This document shows positions 38,172 through 50,128 of a stretch of 64,000 nt of DNA, one piece after another (position 1 is the first letter of the stretch; every line of letters starts with the position of its first letter). The stretch is from Guillardia theta CCMP2712 (lineage: Eukaryota > Protista > Cryptophyta). Under the pieces are notes generated by a model. The model did not search any database and had not been told where the DNA came from. It saw only the letters and a program-made list of their open reading frames with translations. The stretch covers positions 62,001-126,000 of the forward strand of contig NW_005434595.1 in the NCBI RefSeq assembly GCF_000315625.1. Reading direction: 5' to 3'. The translations under genes and the position numbers were made by a program.

Positions 38172-39267
38172 ACATCCTCTTCTTCTTCATGTTGCCGCCT
38201 ACACTGACCCCTGCCATAGCACGAGGTCCTCCCCCGTCGCTGATACCACCCGTCGTCTCGTCCTCTCCGCCAGCAGCTCCATCGAGTGCCTCAGCGCCGC
38301 AAGCTGCTTGCTCCTCGGGGGACACCCGTACTTGGCCTCCCGCCACTCCTCCGAGCCCGTCACGAGCTCGCTGCTGTGCTGGAGCTTGAGGCTGTCCCGG
38401 AGTCTCTTGGAGATGTCACGGAGGGAGGAGAGGTCGAGGTCGGGGGCAGAGTTTGGGAGGGCATCGAGCGTGCAGAGGTGTAGGAAGGTCGGCTGATCAT
38501 CGAGGTCCATGGTGTACTGTGTCATGTCGCTTGCGTCGCTGGTGTTGCTGTGCTTTGTGCTGATGCTGGCAGGGTTGGATATGCAAGGGGGAATCAGGGA
38601 CCACGGGTACATTTATGTATCTGTGGCAGGGGTACTGTAGACTGGTCTTAAAAGGTCAGCATGTCCGACTGTTCTTACTGGTCAATACGGTATAAAAGTA
38701 CTTTTACTAGAGTCAGTGACCGTCACGCTTCAATAGGGGGCTTACAGTGGGCGCCAGAGACCTAGACCGATTAGCTCCTGGTACAAATGTTTTAGTCAAT
38801 GTAGTAGGCTACTACTGAGGCTAATCGAGTTGTACCAGCCAGTGCACAGGCTGGCAGCGGCACTGCGGCAAGCATTATTGAGTGTCCGCTAGTACTGATC
38901 AGGCGGCCACTTTTCAATGCCGTTCGGAGTTGAGTAGCGGCTGAACTTGGCCAGAAAGTGCTGCTATAGTACTGGCGTGACGGCCCCCGTTCGCACGGGC
39001 TAAACACGGCCTCGGACTCCCGGATCGGAGTCGCAGCCTGTTTACTACCGTGGCGTGACTCTCGCCCGGCCCGCGGTGCGCCGCGGCCGACGGTCGGACC
39101 GTACGGCAGGTGACTCCTCTCTGCCAGGCTCGGAGTCCGAGACCCGGTGACGGCCACATCATTTGGGTAGTCACAAGTACCCCGGCGGCGGCTTTCAACG
39201 GTACCGTACTAGGGCCTGGTCTTAAACCGTCATCTCAGCTGGTACGGTAGTGATCGGACCGTACGGT

Positions 39268-40000
39268 TGTTGAAGCACCTGATAGGAGGAAGCTTCAACC
39301 TCAGACAATGCCAAGTAATCGACGTGGCTCAAGTGCACAGATGCTTAGCCTCGGAATGCATCCCTGGAGAGGACAGCAACAGCTACAATAAGGACGACGT
39401 AGGAGAACCATGAAGAAGACAGCAAGAACCTAGGACTCGTGGATGGCAGCAGGAGATAAGCGAGTCAGCTTATATCAGTCCACGACAGGACAGCAGATGA
39501 CACGGTGGCAGGATATGGCTACGCTCAAGGGGAGATTGGAAGTATCACCCCTGAAGTCATGGACATGGGAGAACAAGGGGTCTGATCAAAGAAGACAGTA
39601 CTATCATGATCATCTTAGCGGAGGACTTACAAGGGATGCACGAGACTACCTCCAAGCATGCTCCTACGGAGACACAGGACCTGTCAAGGTCAAGGGAGCA
39701 GCTACATCAACTTCACAGAGAGCGTTGGATGAGAATCGAAGACCTCGTCATGTCAAGCCTATGACTCTTTCTCAGGGAACCCTCAAGAACAAGCTTGACC
39801 ATCTATACCAATCTCTTATCACCTCCGTTTGTTCTCTGTATCCTGATCAGTGATATGATCATTCCTGCGCGGCCATTCGTGATAACTATTACCACTGCTA
39901 CAGAAACTTGCAGTCGGTGCTATCACTGTCTACTTCGAGTCACGGTCACTCCGTAATTGTGTCACCGTCTGTGGAGAGAAGGTTACTGGGAACTTCAACA
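39268..40000. mobile_element. Solo LTR (733 bp), family B
   Basis: Termini TGTTGAAG...CTTCAACA (perfect 8-bp inverted repeat) with 5-bp TSD ACGGT at 39263-39267 and 40001-40005. Confidence 0.88.
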
Positions 40001-43000
40001 ACGGTCGGACCGTCGTATTGAACGCCGGGTGCCCGGTGAGGCTGGCCCGACCGCTCGGAGGCTCCGAGGCGGGCGGCCGGGCCGGGCGGCCACGCCGGGC
40101 CGGCCGGCCCGCCGGGCGGCCAGTAGTCCGATACGGTCACTAGTACGGTAGTACCGGGTAACGGTACTCGCCAGTCACACTGGCCGTCAAGGCTCAGCGT
40201 CAAGTTTCGGACTCCCGGCTCCGGCCCCGGATGACTCACTGAGTCACGGCGGACACATCTACTGACTCTGTGAGTGCGGCGCACTCAGTAGATGCTACGG
40301 TAGTATCGCAGTTCAAGGTTAGGTGTATGATCAGAGTCCGAGACTCACGAAGCGGGTCGCCGGGCAGCTGGCGTCCGATCTGAATCAGCCTCAGTTGTTC
40401 ACGCAGTTCTACCCGTGTGATGTGCAGAGCTACACGGTGATCATGCTATCAATTGTTACCGGACCAAGGCTCACCCTACTGCACTGAGATCTAGTGCAAC
40501 GTGAGTGCTGAGGAAAGGGCTACCCAACTCCTGTGCTGATCATCGAAAAAGCCAACAACTCTTATATCAAGCAGGAACGCTTGCATTCACACTGCCTGCA
40601 TCAAGAAGTCCTTCCACGAATGTGCTCTCTTCTCCTTGCCTCCCCCTTTCCCCCTTTCCCCCTTTCCCCCTCATGTTCCTATCCTCTTCCGAAGTTCCTA
40701 CTTTGCCCCATGGTCATCTTCTTCTTCATGTTGCCGCCTCCTTTATTCACATCCCCTCCTCCCCTCTATATTCTACACTGACCCCCGTCATCATAGCACG
40801 AGGTCCTCCCCCGTCGCTGACACCACCCGTCGTCTCGTCCTCTCCGCCAGCAGCTCCATCGAGTGCCTCAGCGCCGCAAGCTGCTTGCTCCTCGGGGGAC
40901 ACCCGTACTTGGCCTCCCGCCACTCCTCCGAGCCCGTCACGAGCTCGCTGCTGTGCTGGAGCTTGAGGCTGTCCCGGAGTCTCTTGGAGATGTCACGGAG
41001 GGAGGAGAGGTCGAGGTCGGGGGCAGAGTTTGGGAGGGCATCGAGCGTGCAGAGGTGTAGGAAGGTCGGCTGATCATCGAGGTCCATGGTGTACTGTGTC
41101 ATGTCGCTTGCGTCGCTGGTGTTGCTGTGCTTTGTGCTGATGCTGGCAGGGTTGGATATGCAAGGGGGGATCAGGGACCACGGGTACAATTATGTATCTG
41201 TGGCAGGGGTACTGTATACTGGTCTTAACGTCAGCATGTCCGACTGTTCTTAGCGTGAACCGGTGGGGTTTAACTAGCTAGCCAGGCTTTGAGACATGAG
41301 CTGGTCAATACGGTATAAAACTACTTTTACTAGAGTCAGTGACAGTCACGCTTCAATGTGGTAGGCTGCCTAGGCTAATCGCCGGAGTTGCCAGTACAGT
41401 GCAAGCATTGAGCGGTGGCCGGGCACAGTCACATCAGCTATTACGGTAGCCTGAGCCAGGCTAGTAGTGATCAGGGCGCTGTTCGGAGTTGAGTAGCGGC
41501 TGAGGGCTGCCACTATGCCTGTTCTCACGGGCTCAATGCGGATCGGAGTCACAGTTTACTACATACGGCAGGACTTCACTCCTCTGGTCGGACCGTACCG
41601 TGCCGTGGCACCGCCGCGTACGGTTACCCCGGTGACCCCACGGTAGTCTCAGCACATACTACTGAGCCCCCGCCCGACGTTACCCCGGCGTTGCTTTACG
41701 CCTGGCTAGCCTGAGCCTGGTCTTAACCCGGTGACCGGCGTCAGCCGCTCAGTGACTGACGGTTCTGACTCGGAGGCTCAGCGGCGGCCGAGTACGGTCA
41801 GCGGCCCCGGGCCCCGCCGGGAGTCCGGCAGCGCGCCGGGTCGCACCGTCTGTGCTGGCAGTGCCCGGCCGCCCGTGCCAGGCCCTGAGGGCGGCGGCGG
41901 GCGGCTGCGCACTCAGTAGATGCTACGGTAGTATCGCAGTTAGGTGTATGATCAGAGTCAGAGAAGGATGAGGGTCGGGCAGCTGGCGTCTGAATCAGCC
42001 TTGTTCACTCAGTCCTACCTGTATGACAGTGTGCAGAGCTGCAGTGATCATGCTGATCATCGAAAAAGCCAACAACTCTTACATCAAGCAGGAACGCTTG
42101 CATTCACACTGCCTGCATCAAGAAGTCCTTCCACGAATGTGCTCTCTTCTCCTTGCTTCCCCCTTCCCCCTTTCCCCCTCATGTTCCTATCCTCTTCCTT
42201 CCTTGCCCCGTGGTCATCTTCTTCTTCATGTTGCCGCCTCCTTTATTCACATCCCCTCCTCCCCTCTATATTCTACACTGACCCCCGTCATAGCACGAGG
42301 TCCTCCCCCGTCGCTGATACCACCCGTCGTCTCGTCCTCTCCGCCAGCAGCTCCATCGAGTGCCTCAGCGCCGCAAGCTGCTTGCTCCTCGGGGGACACC
42401 CATACTTGGCCTCCCGCCACTCCTCCGAGCCCGTCACGAGCTCGCTGCTGTGCTGGAGCTTGAGGCTGTCCCGGAGTCTCTTGGAGATGTCACGGAGGGA
42501 GGAGAGGTCGAGGTCGGGGGCAGAGTTTGGGAGGGCATCGAGCGTGCAGAGGTGTAGGAAGGTCGGCTGATCATCGAGGTCCATGGTGTACTGTGTCATG
42601 TCGCTCGCGGCTGGTGTTGCTGTGCTTTGTGCTGATGCTGGCAGGGTTGGATATGCAAGGGGGAATCAGGGACCACGGGTACAATTATGTATCTGTGGCA
42701 GGGGTACTGTATACTGGTCTTAACGTCAGCATGTCCGACTGTTCTTAGCGTGAACCGGTGCGGTTTACTAGCTAGCCAGGCTTTGAGACATGAGCTGACG
42801 GTCAATACGGTATAAAACTACTTTTACTATATTCATTAACAGTCACGCTTCAATATGGGGCATTAGTTCCAGTGGGCGGCGCCAGAGACCTAGACCGATT
42901 AGCTCCTGGTACAAATGTTTTAGTCAATGTAGTAGGCTACTACTGATGAGGCTAATCGAGTTGTACGGTACTAGCCAGTGCACAGCGGCACTGCAAGCAT

Positions 43001-43690
43001 TATTGAGTGTCCGCTAGTACTGATCAGGGCCGCTTTTCAATGCCGTTCGGAGTTGAGTAAGCGGCGGCTGAACTTGGCCCGAAACGGTGCTGCCCACTGG
43101 CGTGACCGTGACGGTTCGCAGTGTGACGGGCTAAACACGCGTGATCGGACGGACTCCCGGGCGGATCGGAGCCTCACGATCCGAGTCACAGCCGGAGGCT
43201 GTGACAGTGCAAGCAAGTTTACTACCGTACCGTCAGTGGCGTGACCGTCTCGCCCGGCCCGGGCCGCGGCGCCGGCCGGGCGCCGCGGCCGACGGTCGGA
43301 TCATCGCCGGGACCGTACGGCAGGACTCAGGAGTCCTCTGGGACCGTACTAGGCTTGCGGCAGCGCCGGGGGCCGCCGCAGCCGTGCCTCTCCGGCGGAG
43401 CGCCCGGCGGGCCGCGTTTGAACTTGAACGTTGAGGTTTAGTAACTTAACCGTTGAACCGTGATGAAGTCTACTGAGTGCGGCCCGATAGTAACTTAACC
43501 GTGATTAAGTCTACTGAGTGCATCTACCGTACTGAGTACGGCGCACTCAGTGTGGATGCTACGGTACGGCAGTATCGCAGTTCAAGGTTAGGTGTAGTAT
43601 GATCACAGTCGAGACTCACGAAGCGGGTCCGATCGCCGGGCAGCTGGCGTCCGATCTGAATCAGCCTCAGTTGTTCACGCAGTTCTACCC

Positions 43691-44195
43691 TGTTACACCC
43701 CGAAGCTTTACGGGTTGCACACAAGCCAAGCGAATGCTCATAGAACCTCCGCTGGATCACACAGAAGGTGCTAGGCAGTATTATCAAGCTTTATTGCAGC
43801 AACCACACCAAGACAGGGAAATGCGTGGTACACAGAGGGAGGGAAGACAGACCACCTAGAGATGAAGATCTTGATCCTTTTATAGCCCTGTGGAAGTCCC
43901 AGGGGTAGTGGTCCTCGCTTGCACGAGTCTTCCTGCCTCGTGCCGTCGCTATGGCCCCTTTGGTCCATGCCCTGCTCCTGTTCTTGTTTCTACCAGAAAG
44001 GAGAGCTCCACCGGTGCTTGATAGGGAAGCCGTCCCGGAGGGGTCCGACTTCTGAACCAAAGTAGCCGTTAGAGAATCACTGTCTTTCGTCTGGATAGTT
44101 GTAGAGGCTATCCTTGTGTGCTGTCCACATTTCGAGTGTTGACCACTCCTGTGTTGGGCTCCTGTGTTGGGCTCGCTAGCCTATGAGCTCTGATA
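43691..44195 (-). mobile_element. Solo LTR (505 bp), family C
   Basis: 5-bp TSD TACCC (43686-43690, 44196-44200). The empty site is visible in the sister copy at ~40410. Minus strand has TATAAAA (43884-43878), AATAAA (43795-43790) and ends ...GGGGTGTAACA. Confidence 0.92.
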
Positions 44196-44969
44196 TACCC
44201 GTGTGATGTGCAGAGCTACACGGTGATCATGCTATCAATTGTTACCGGACCAAGGCTCACCCTACTGCACTGAGATCTAGTGCAACGTGAGTGCTGAGGA
44301 AAGGGCTACTCAACTCCTGTGCTGATCATCGAAAAAGCCAACAACTCTTATATCAAGCAGGAACGCTTGCATTCACACTGCCTGCATCAAGAAGTCCTTC
44401 CACGAATGTGCTCTCTTCCCCTTGCCTCCCCCTTTCCCCCTTTCCCCCTTTCCCCCTCATGTTCCTATCCTCTTCCGAAGTTCCTACTTTGCCCCATGGT
44501 CATCTTCTTCTTCATGTTGCCGCCTCCTTTATTCACATCCCCTCCTCCCCTCTATATTCTACACTGACCCCCGTCATAGCACGAGGTCCTCCCCCGTCGC
44601 TGATACCACCCGTCGTCTCGTCCTCTCCGCCAGCAGCTCCATCGAGTGCCTCAGCGCCGCAAGCTGCTTGCTCCTCGGGGGACACCCGTACTTGGCCTCC
44701 CGCCACTCCTCCGAGCCCGTCACGAGCTCGCTGCTGTGCTGGAGCTTGAGGCTGTCCCGGAGTCTCTTGGAGATGTCACGGAGGGAGGAGAGGTCGAGGT
44801 CGGGGGCAGAGTTTGGGAGGGCATCGAGCGTGCAGAGGTGTAGGAAGGTCGGCTGATCATCGAGGTCCATGGTGCACAGGCGGAGAGCCGCCCAGAAAGG
44901 AATGCCGTTAACGGGAGAGCCTGTACCCGAGAAGTTGGATGGCGAAATTTGATGATAGTCGTGCTTTCG

Positions 44970-45001
<32 letters not shown>

Positions 45002-46108
45002 AGGATGCAGGGGTGAACACGGGGACAGGAGGGTAGTTACTACCCCACGCTGTCTCCTTTCACGAAAAGAGTTCTTTTCCTTTGTAGCTCATGGCATCCG
45101 GACTGCAGTGAAGCCACTTCAAGGACTACCGGTACTTCCTAAGGACTCAGAAGGGGGTACATTTCAACCTCTTTACGGGATATGCCTCTTATTTTTACTC
45201 TGGCTCCTTTACGTAAAACCTTTTACATAACACAAATCTTTTTAAACAAAGACAGCTTTATATCTGGTACCACTTTTACAATCCTGTTGTAGGAAAAAAT
45301 CATTTTTGGGCTCGTGTGACTCCGAGGCTTTGAGTGGCCCGAGACTGCTGTAAACGGAGCCCTGCAACTACAATGAGTCCCTTACCGCAGCAGCTCTCGG
45401 TCCAGCCCGGCTGAGTCTGGCGTGACAGTGAGCCTCGGACCCGGCCGCGGCGGGAGGGCGGCGGGCCCGTGGGGGCCGGGCGGGCTCGGGCGGTCCGGGC
45501 CCGGTCGGAGCCTCAGCGGCCTGGCAGTGAGCGGCCGGGCGGCCCCCGGCGCCGCCGCCGCACTGCCCGCATGCCATGGCCCGGCGGGGCCCGGCCGCCG
45601 GGGCGCCATGCTCGGATCCTGGCGGCGCGGCGCGCGGCGCGGCCGCGGCGGCGCGGGGGACTCGTCGGAACGTTCAACGCCGGGTTACGGTGGTCACCAG
45701 TGGCGCCGCGCGGCGGCGGCGCCACGCCCACGTGAGCCGGCCCCGCCGCACGGTGCGACGGTGCCACGGTGCGGGCAGGCTTCCGAACTCGGAAGCCCGG
45801 CTCGGTCGTCGGAACGTGATCGGACCTGGCGGGCCGAGGCTGCAGTGCCGGCGGTCACCGTCACTGCTCGGACACTGCGGCGTGACTCCCAGGATCACCG
45901 GATGCCCGCCAACCGTGGCATTCCGAATTGAAAGTTCAGTCACGTCGCGAGTTACTCAATCTACAGTCAGATGACTCTCGGATCGAGGACTGAAAAGGTC
46001 TCAGTGGGTTGTCATAGTTAGTCGGTAGCATTATGGTAGCGTCACTCACGGCGTAGTACTGCCATACAATGAGCAGCTTTCATATGTTTTTCATTTCACA
46101 ATCTTTCA

Positions 46109-46916
46109 TCACATGTATATGTAGTCTTCCTCTGGATCGCACTCTGGAGGACAAAATTCAATGTTCTGATCATTGTCTTTCTCTCTGGCTGCAGCAGCCT
46201 GCTGTACACTTTTCGATGCGGGTATCATAGCTTCCTGCTGCTGAGTTGCTGGTGGTTTCACCTTGTTCTGCTGAGTTGCTGGTGGTTTCACCTTGTTCTG
46301 CTGGGTTGCTGGTGGTGTTTGTATTGGAGTCTTGGTCGGTTGAGCGACAGGTTTCCACACGACATCGCAATGGACGGGCGTTTCATCCCCTGTATCCATT
46401 TGAGATTCAGCCGCCCCGTAAATCTTGGCGGTCTGGTTGCTCCCGCTGCTAGTGCCAGAGAAGTCAGGATGTCTGCCATGTTGCTGGTTGGACTTTTCGT
46501 ATAGTGTCCTCTGCTTTGCAGCTACGAGGACTTGATACGCATCTCTGCTTCTCAAGCTGTAATCCCGTTTGTTGAGAGGATCGCCGAACACGCCCAGGTC
46601 TTGCACCTTGCATCATGGAGAAAGTGTCATTTTCAAACCAAGAAACTGATGGGTCCATGATACAAAGTTGCAGGCAGGCCACGTCAAACAGCCACATTTC
46701 CATCATAAAGGAACCGAAAACAATGCACTCCACACACATCACTTCCTCTGCCCGATACAATCCCCCACATCCATCATACGCACATCCTCCACCACGATCT
46801 CTCCCCTGCCATGCTGCTGCTCCCCGTTCTACCTTTGGCGCCATTCTGCGCGGCGTCTCGACTTCATGGGAGCAAGCGTGCGCGCAGCTCTCTATGGCGC
46901 CCATGGGAGATGTCAA
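46109..46916 (-). CDS. Hypothetical protein with (KVK)PPATQQN repeats
   Basis: ORF 46109-46606 contains a 30-bp tandem repeat (~46238-46315); upstream exon uncertain. Confidence 0.4.
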
Positions 46917-47116
46917 AGTTGACTAAACATTTGAATGGAGAAGAGAGGGGATGAGGCCCCAGAAATTCAGTAGTGTTGATTTGACGTGAAAAGGCGCCGG
47001 GAGTATGGCAGGAGGAGGGGGAGGAGGAGGGGGAAGACATGAGGAGAGGAGGAGAGGGGAGAGGAGGAGGAGGAGAGGAGAGGAGGAAGACAGATAGATC
47101 CTAGGTGGAAGTGATC

Positions 47117-50063
47117 ATGAAGCAGACAAGAGTTCTAGCGATCGCCTTGACATTCCTCGTGTTTTGCCTCCACACGCTGCATTCGCTTCCATACCCCTAC
47201 GAGTCAAATGACGGTCTCAGAATCCACACTGTAGAAGGGCGCTTCATAGCAGTCGAGAACGAGCAGGCGTTGAACAACTCGTTGAGAGCTCCTCAAGCAT
47301 CTTCTACCTCAGAAGCTGATCTCTCCGAATTCCTCAAGTTCGTCCTGAGCGAGTTGAACCCCTGCATTGAAGGGAAGCATGCATGCGACCCTCATGCTTC
47401 ATGTATCCCGTTGGTGAAGGACGCGGCTCAAAGAGCGCTGGAGTACATCTGCACCTGCAAGGCTGGATGGAGTGGAAACGGGTTCTACTGTGAAAACATC
47501 AACGAATGCCAAGTTCATGGTTCAGATGTAAATCCGCTGTGTGAGAGTGGCATGTACTGCAAGGATACCATGGGATCCTTCGAATGTCTGAACAATCATG
47601 GATTCGATGGAATGGATAAGGGAACCATCCCTGTGGACGTTGACGAGTGCATGCAAGGCTCCCACAACTGTCATGAACATGCGCAATGTCACAACGTGCC
47701 AGGAAGCTTCACATGCACGTGCTCTTTGGGCTACAATGGAAACGGGACCACCTGCTGGAACATGTGCCATGAAGCAGCTCCGGCTCAGCGCATAAACTGC
47801 TTTCAGGACGACACGCCCAGTGAGGAGACGTGCGTACATAGAGGCTGCTGTTGGAACCCGTCAGCGGATATGCCCAACACTCCCTGCTACTACCCACTTC
47901 CTGCGAACTTCTACCGATTGGTGTCATGGACAGAGACGAGCTCTGGCGTACTTGCGGTGCTCGATTGTGATGGCGAGATGCGATACGGAGATGGCCGAGG
48001 AGGAGGGGGCACCAGGCCGTTCCATATCGGACCGTTCGGGTCAGAGATTTGCCCCCTCCACCTCTACGTATCCTTTGAGTCAGAAGATCATCTGCAGATC
48101 AGAATCTTTGATGCCTCGAAGCCTCAATCTATGATCCCTCCTTACTTCTTCCCCGACCGGAGGACGAAGGAGCACAAGGCTGAGGACAGGAAGTACTCAG
48201 TGAAGTACATTGGTTACCCGTTCGGACTGATCGTCCAACGTGAACCGGACGGACTTGTGCTATTCAACTCGACGCCAGTCCCGGGCCGGATGAACGGGTT
48301 GAGCTTCGAGCCTCAGTTCATCTCTCTGTCAACGCAGCTGGAGGAAGGAACCATCTTCGATGGGCTGGGGCCAGCCTCCTCCACTCCCTATGAGTCAAAG
48401 GAGAGTCTGAAGACTTACCTGGTCTGGCCAAGCACTTCGAACCAGAGCACATCCAGTCCTTTCCTCTTGTCATTGTCGAAAGAGCAGGAGGCGAAGTTCG
48501 GGCTGCTGATGTCCAACCCACATGCCATGGAGGTGCTGTTTGCGCGAGACTCTCTCACGTTCCGCATGATCGGCGGGGAGATCGACTTGAGGATCTTCGT
48601 TGGAGGAGGGAGCAAGACTATCGTCAAACGTCTTACAGACGTGGTGGGGAAGCTGGAGGATCTTCCGCCTTTGTGGTCGTTGGGGATGCTAGTCAAGCTG
48701 AACAGCACCACAAGCTCGGACAACGTTGGACAAGAGGCGGAAAATCTTATGGAAATGCTCGACAACCAAGATATCCCTTACGATGGGATTGTGGTGGATG
48801 TACGAGATTTCTCGGACTACAGGTAGGAAAGATGGAAGCATGGTAAGATGAGTCGTTGTGACGCTTCAGTGGGACAGTGAGAACGAGTTGTACTCGAAGA
48901 ATCTAGGTAGATCGGACAAGAACTTTGCAAGGAAGGTGATGTACAAACCCTCCCCACGATCTCTTGCAACTCCATCTGCAGCTCAATCAATGAAGGGATG
49001 CTGACTGTGAACTATGAACTAAGGTATCGGATATGAGCGTACATGTACGAGGCCGAGGGAAGAAGCTGATAACTGCAGTCTATCCCTCATCGCTCACCCT
49101 CGAAGGTGAAAAGCTTGCGATTGACTCTTCAGACATGTGAAGATTTTCTTGCTTGTAGATGCAATCATACGGGACAAGTTCAACAAGCCCGTCAGAGGCA
49201 AGATGAAAGGAGAAGACGTTTTCTACTTGGACTTCTTCAATCCGAACATCACGCGAACGTGGGGTGACAGGCTTGAAAGACTTTCCAAGATCATCGAGTT
49301 TGATGGGGTGAGGCTGGAAAAGAGAAAGCAAGAGCTATCCTAATCAGAGTTTCTGCCGACAGATCATGCTCGAGTCCTTCCAGCCAGAAAATGAATGCAA
49401 TGGGATATGTTTGGTAAAGCTGATCTTTCTCCCTGCTCTCCCTTTCTTCGCTTTCTTCTCCCATTCCCGCCCCCTCCTCTCTCCTTCCCTTATACCTCTT
49501 CCTCTTGCTCCTCCATCTCATTTCATCCCTTTCAGGAAACTTGCGATAGATTGAACAAGTTCGACTCGACGGAGAAAGCCACATGCTCTCGCAGCTTTCA
49601 GACAGAAAGGAGAAGGTGATGGCAATAATTGGTCTTTTCTTTTCCTCCCCTCCCCTTCCCCCCCCCCCCCCCCCCCTTTTTTCCCCCCCCCCCCCCCCCC
49701 TCCCTCCTTCCTCAACTGAGGTCCACCCTTCTCTCTTCTCCCCTCAAATCTCCTTCCCTGATGCTCCCCTCTTCTCTCCTTCTCCTTCCTCTCCCCTTTC
49801 ATGCCTTCTCCTCTTCTCCCCTCCCTTCCTTTTCCCTCCTCTCTCCTCTCTCCTCGTCTTTCTAGATATTCTGATCTTGGAGTTTGAGCAGGAGGAGTCA
49901 CGTTTATGCCCCCTGGAAGCTCAGGAAGGAGGGAGGACATCGCTTCGACCCTGCCAACCCCCCGTACAGACCAGGAGGACGTGAACTTGAAAGGCAGACA
50001 ATCCCAATGGACGGTCAGCAGTGCGTCGTGACAAGAGTGGAGGAGAGAGAGCAGGAGCGAGTG

Positions 50064-50128
<65 letters not shown>

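Larger units (their letters stand above)
38172..44874. repeat. Tandem array of four ~1.5-1.8 kb units containing a duplicated gene fragment
   Basis: Near-identical cores start at ~38200, ~40775, ~42275 and ~44560; each encodes MDLDDQPTFLHLCTLDALP...GEDLVL on the minus strand. Confidence 0.95.

Noticed and set aside
38690-38725. U5 snRNA loop-I-like cttttactagag
   Set aside because: Lacks the invariant GCCUUUUAC, the flanking stem and an Sm site; it is part of the tandem unit.
39443-39853. 136-aa ORF as a host gene
   Set aside because: Lies wholly inside a TSD-flanked LTR-like insert and has no domain.
44184-44200. tRNA-iMet primer-binding site look-alike (minus strand TATCAGAGC)
   Set aside because: The TGG is missing and the sequence lies directly against the TSD, so it is the LTR end; no internal gag/pol follows.
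45368-45974. Overlapping Arg/Gly/Pro/Ala-rich ORFs (also 21192-22061 and 39946-40284)
   Set aside because: Stop-poor GC-rich intergenic DNA open in several frames; no coding signature.
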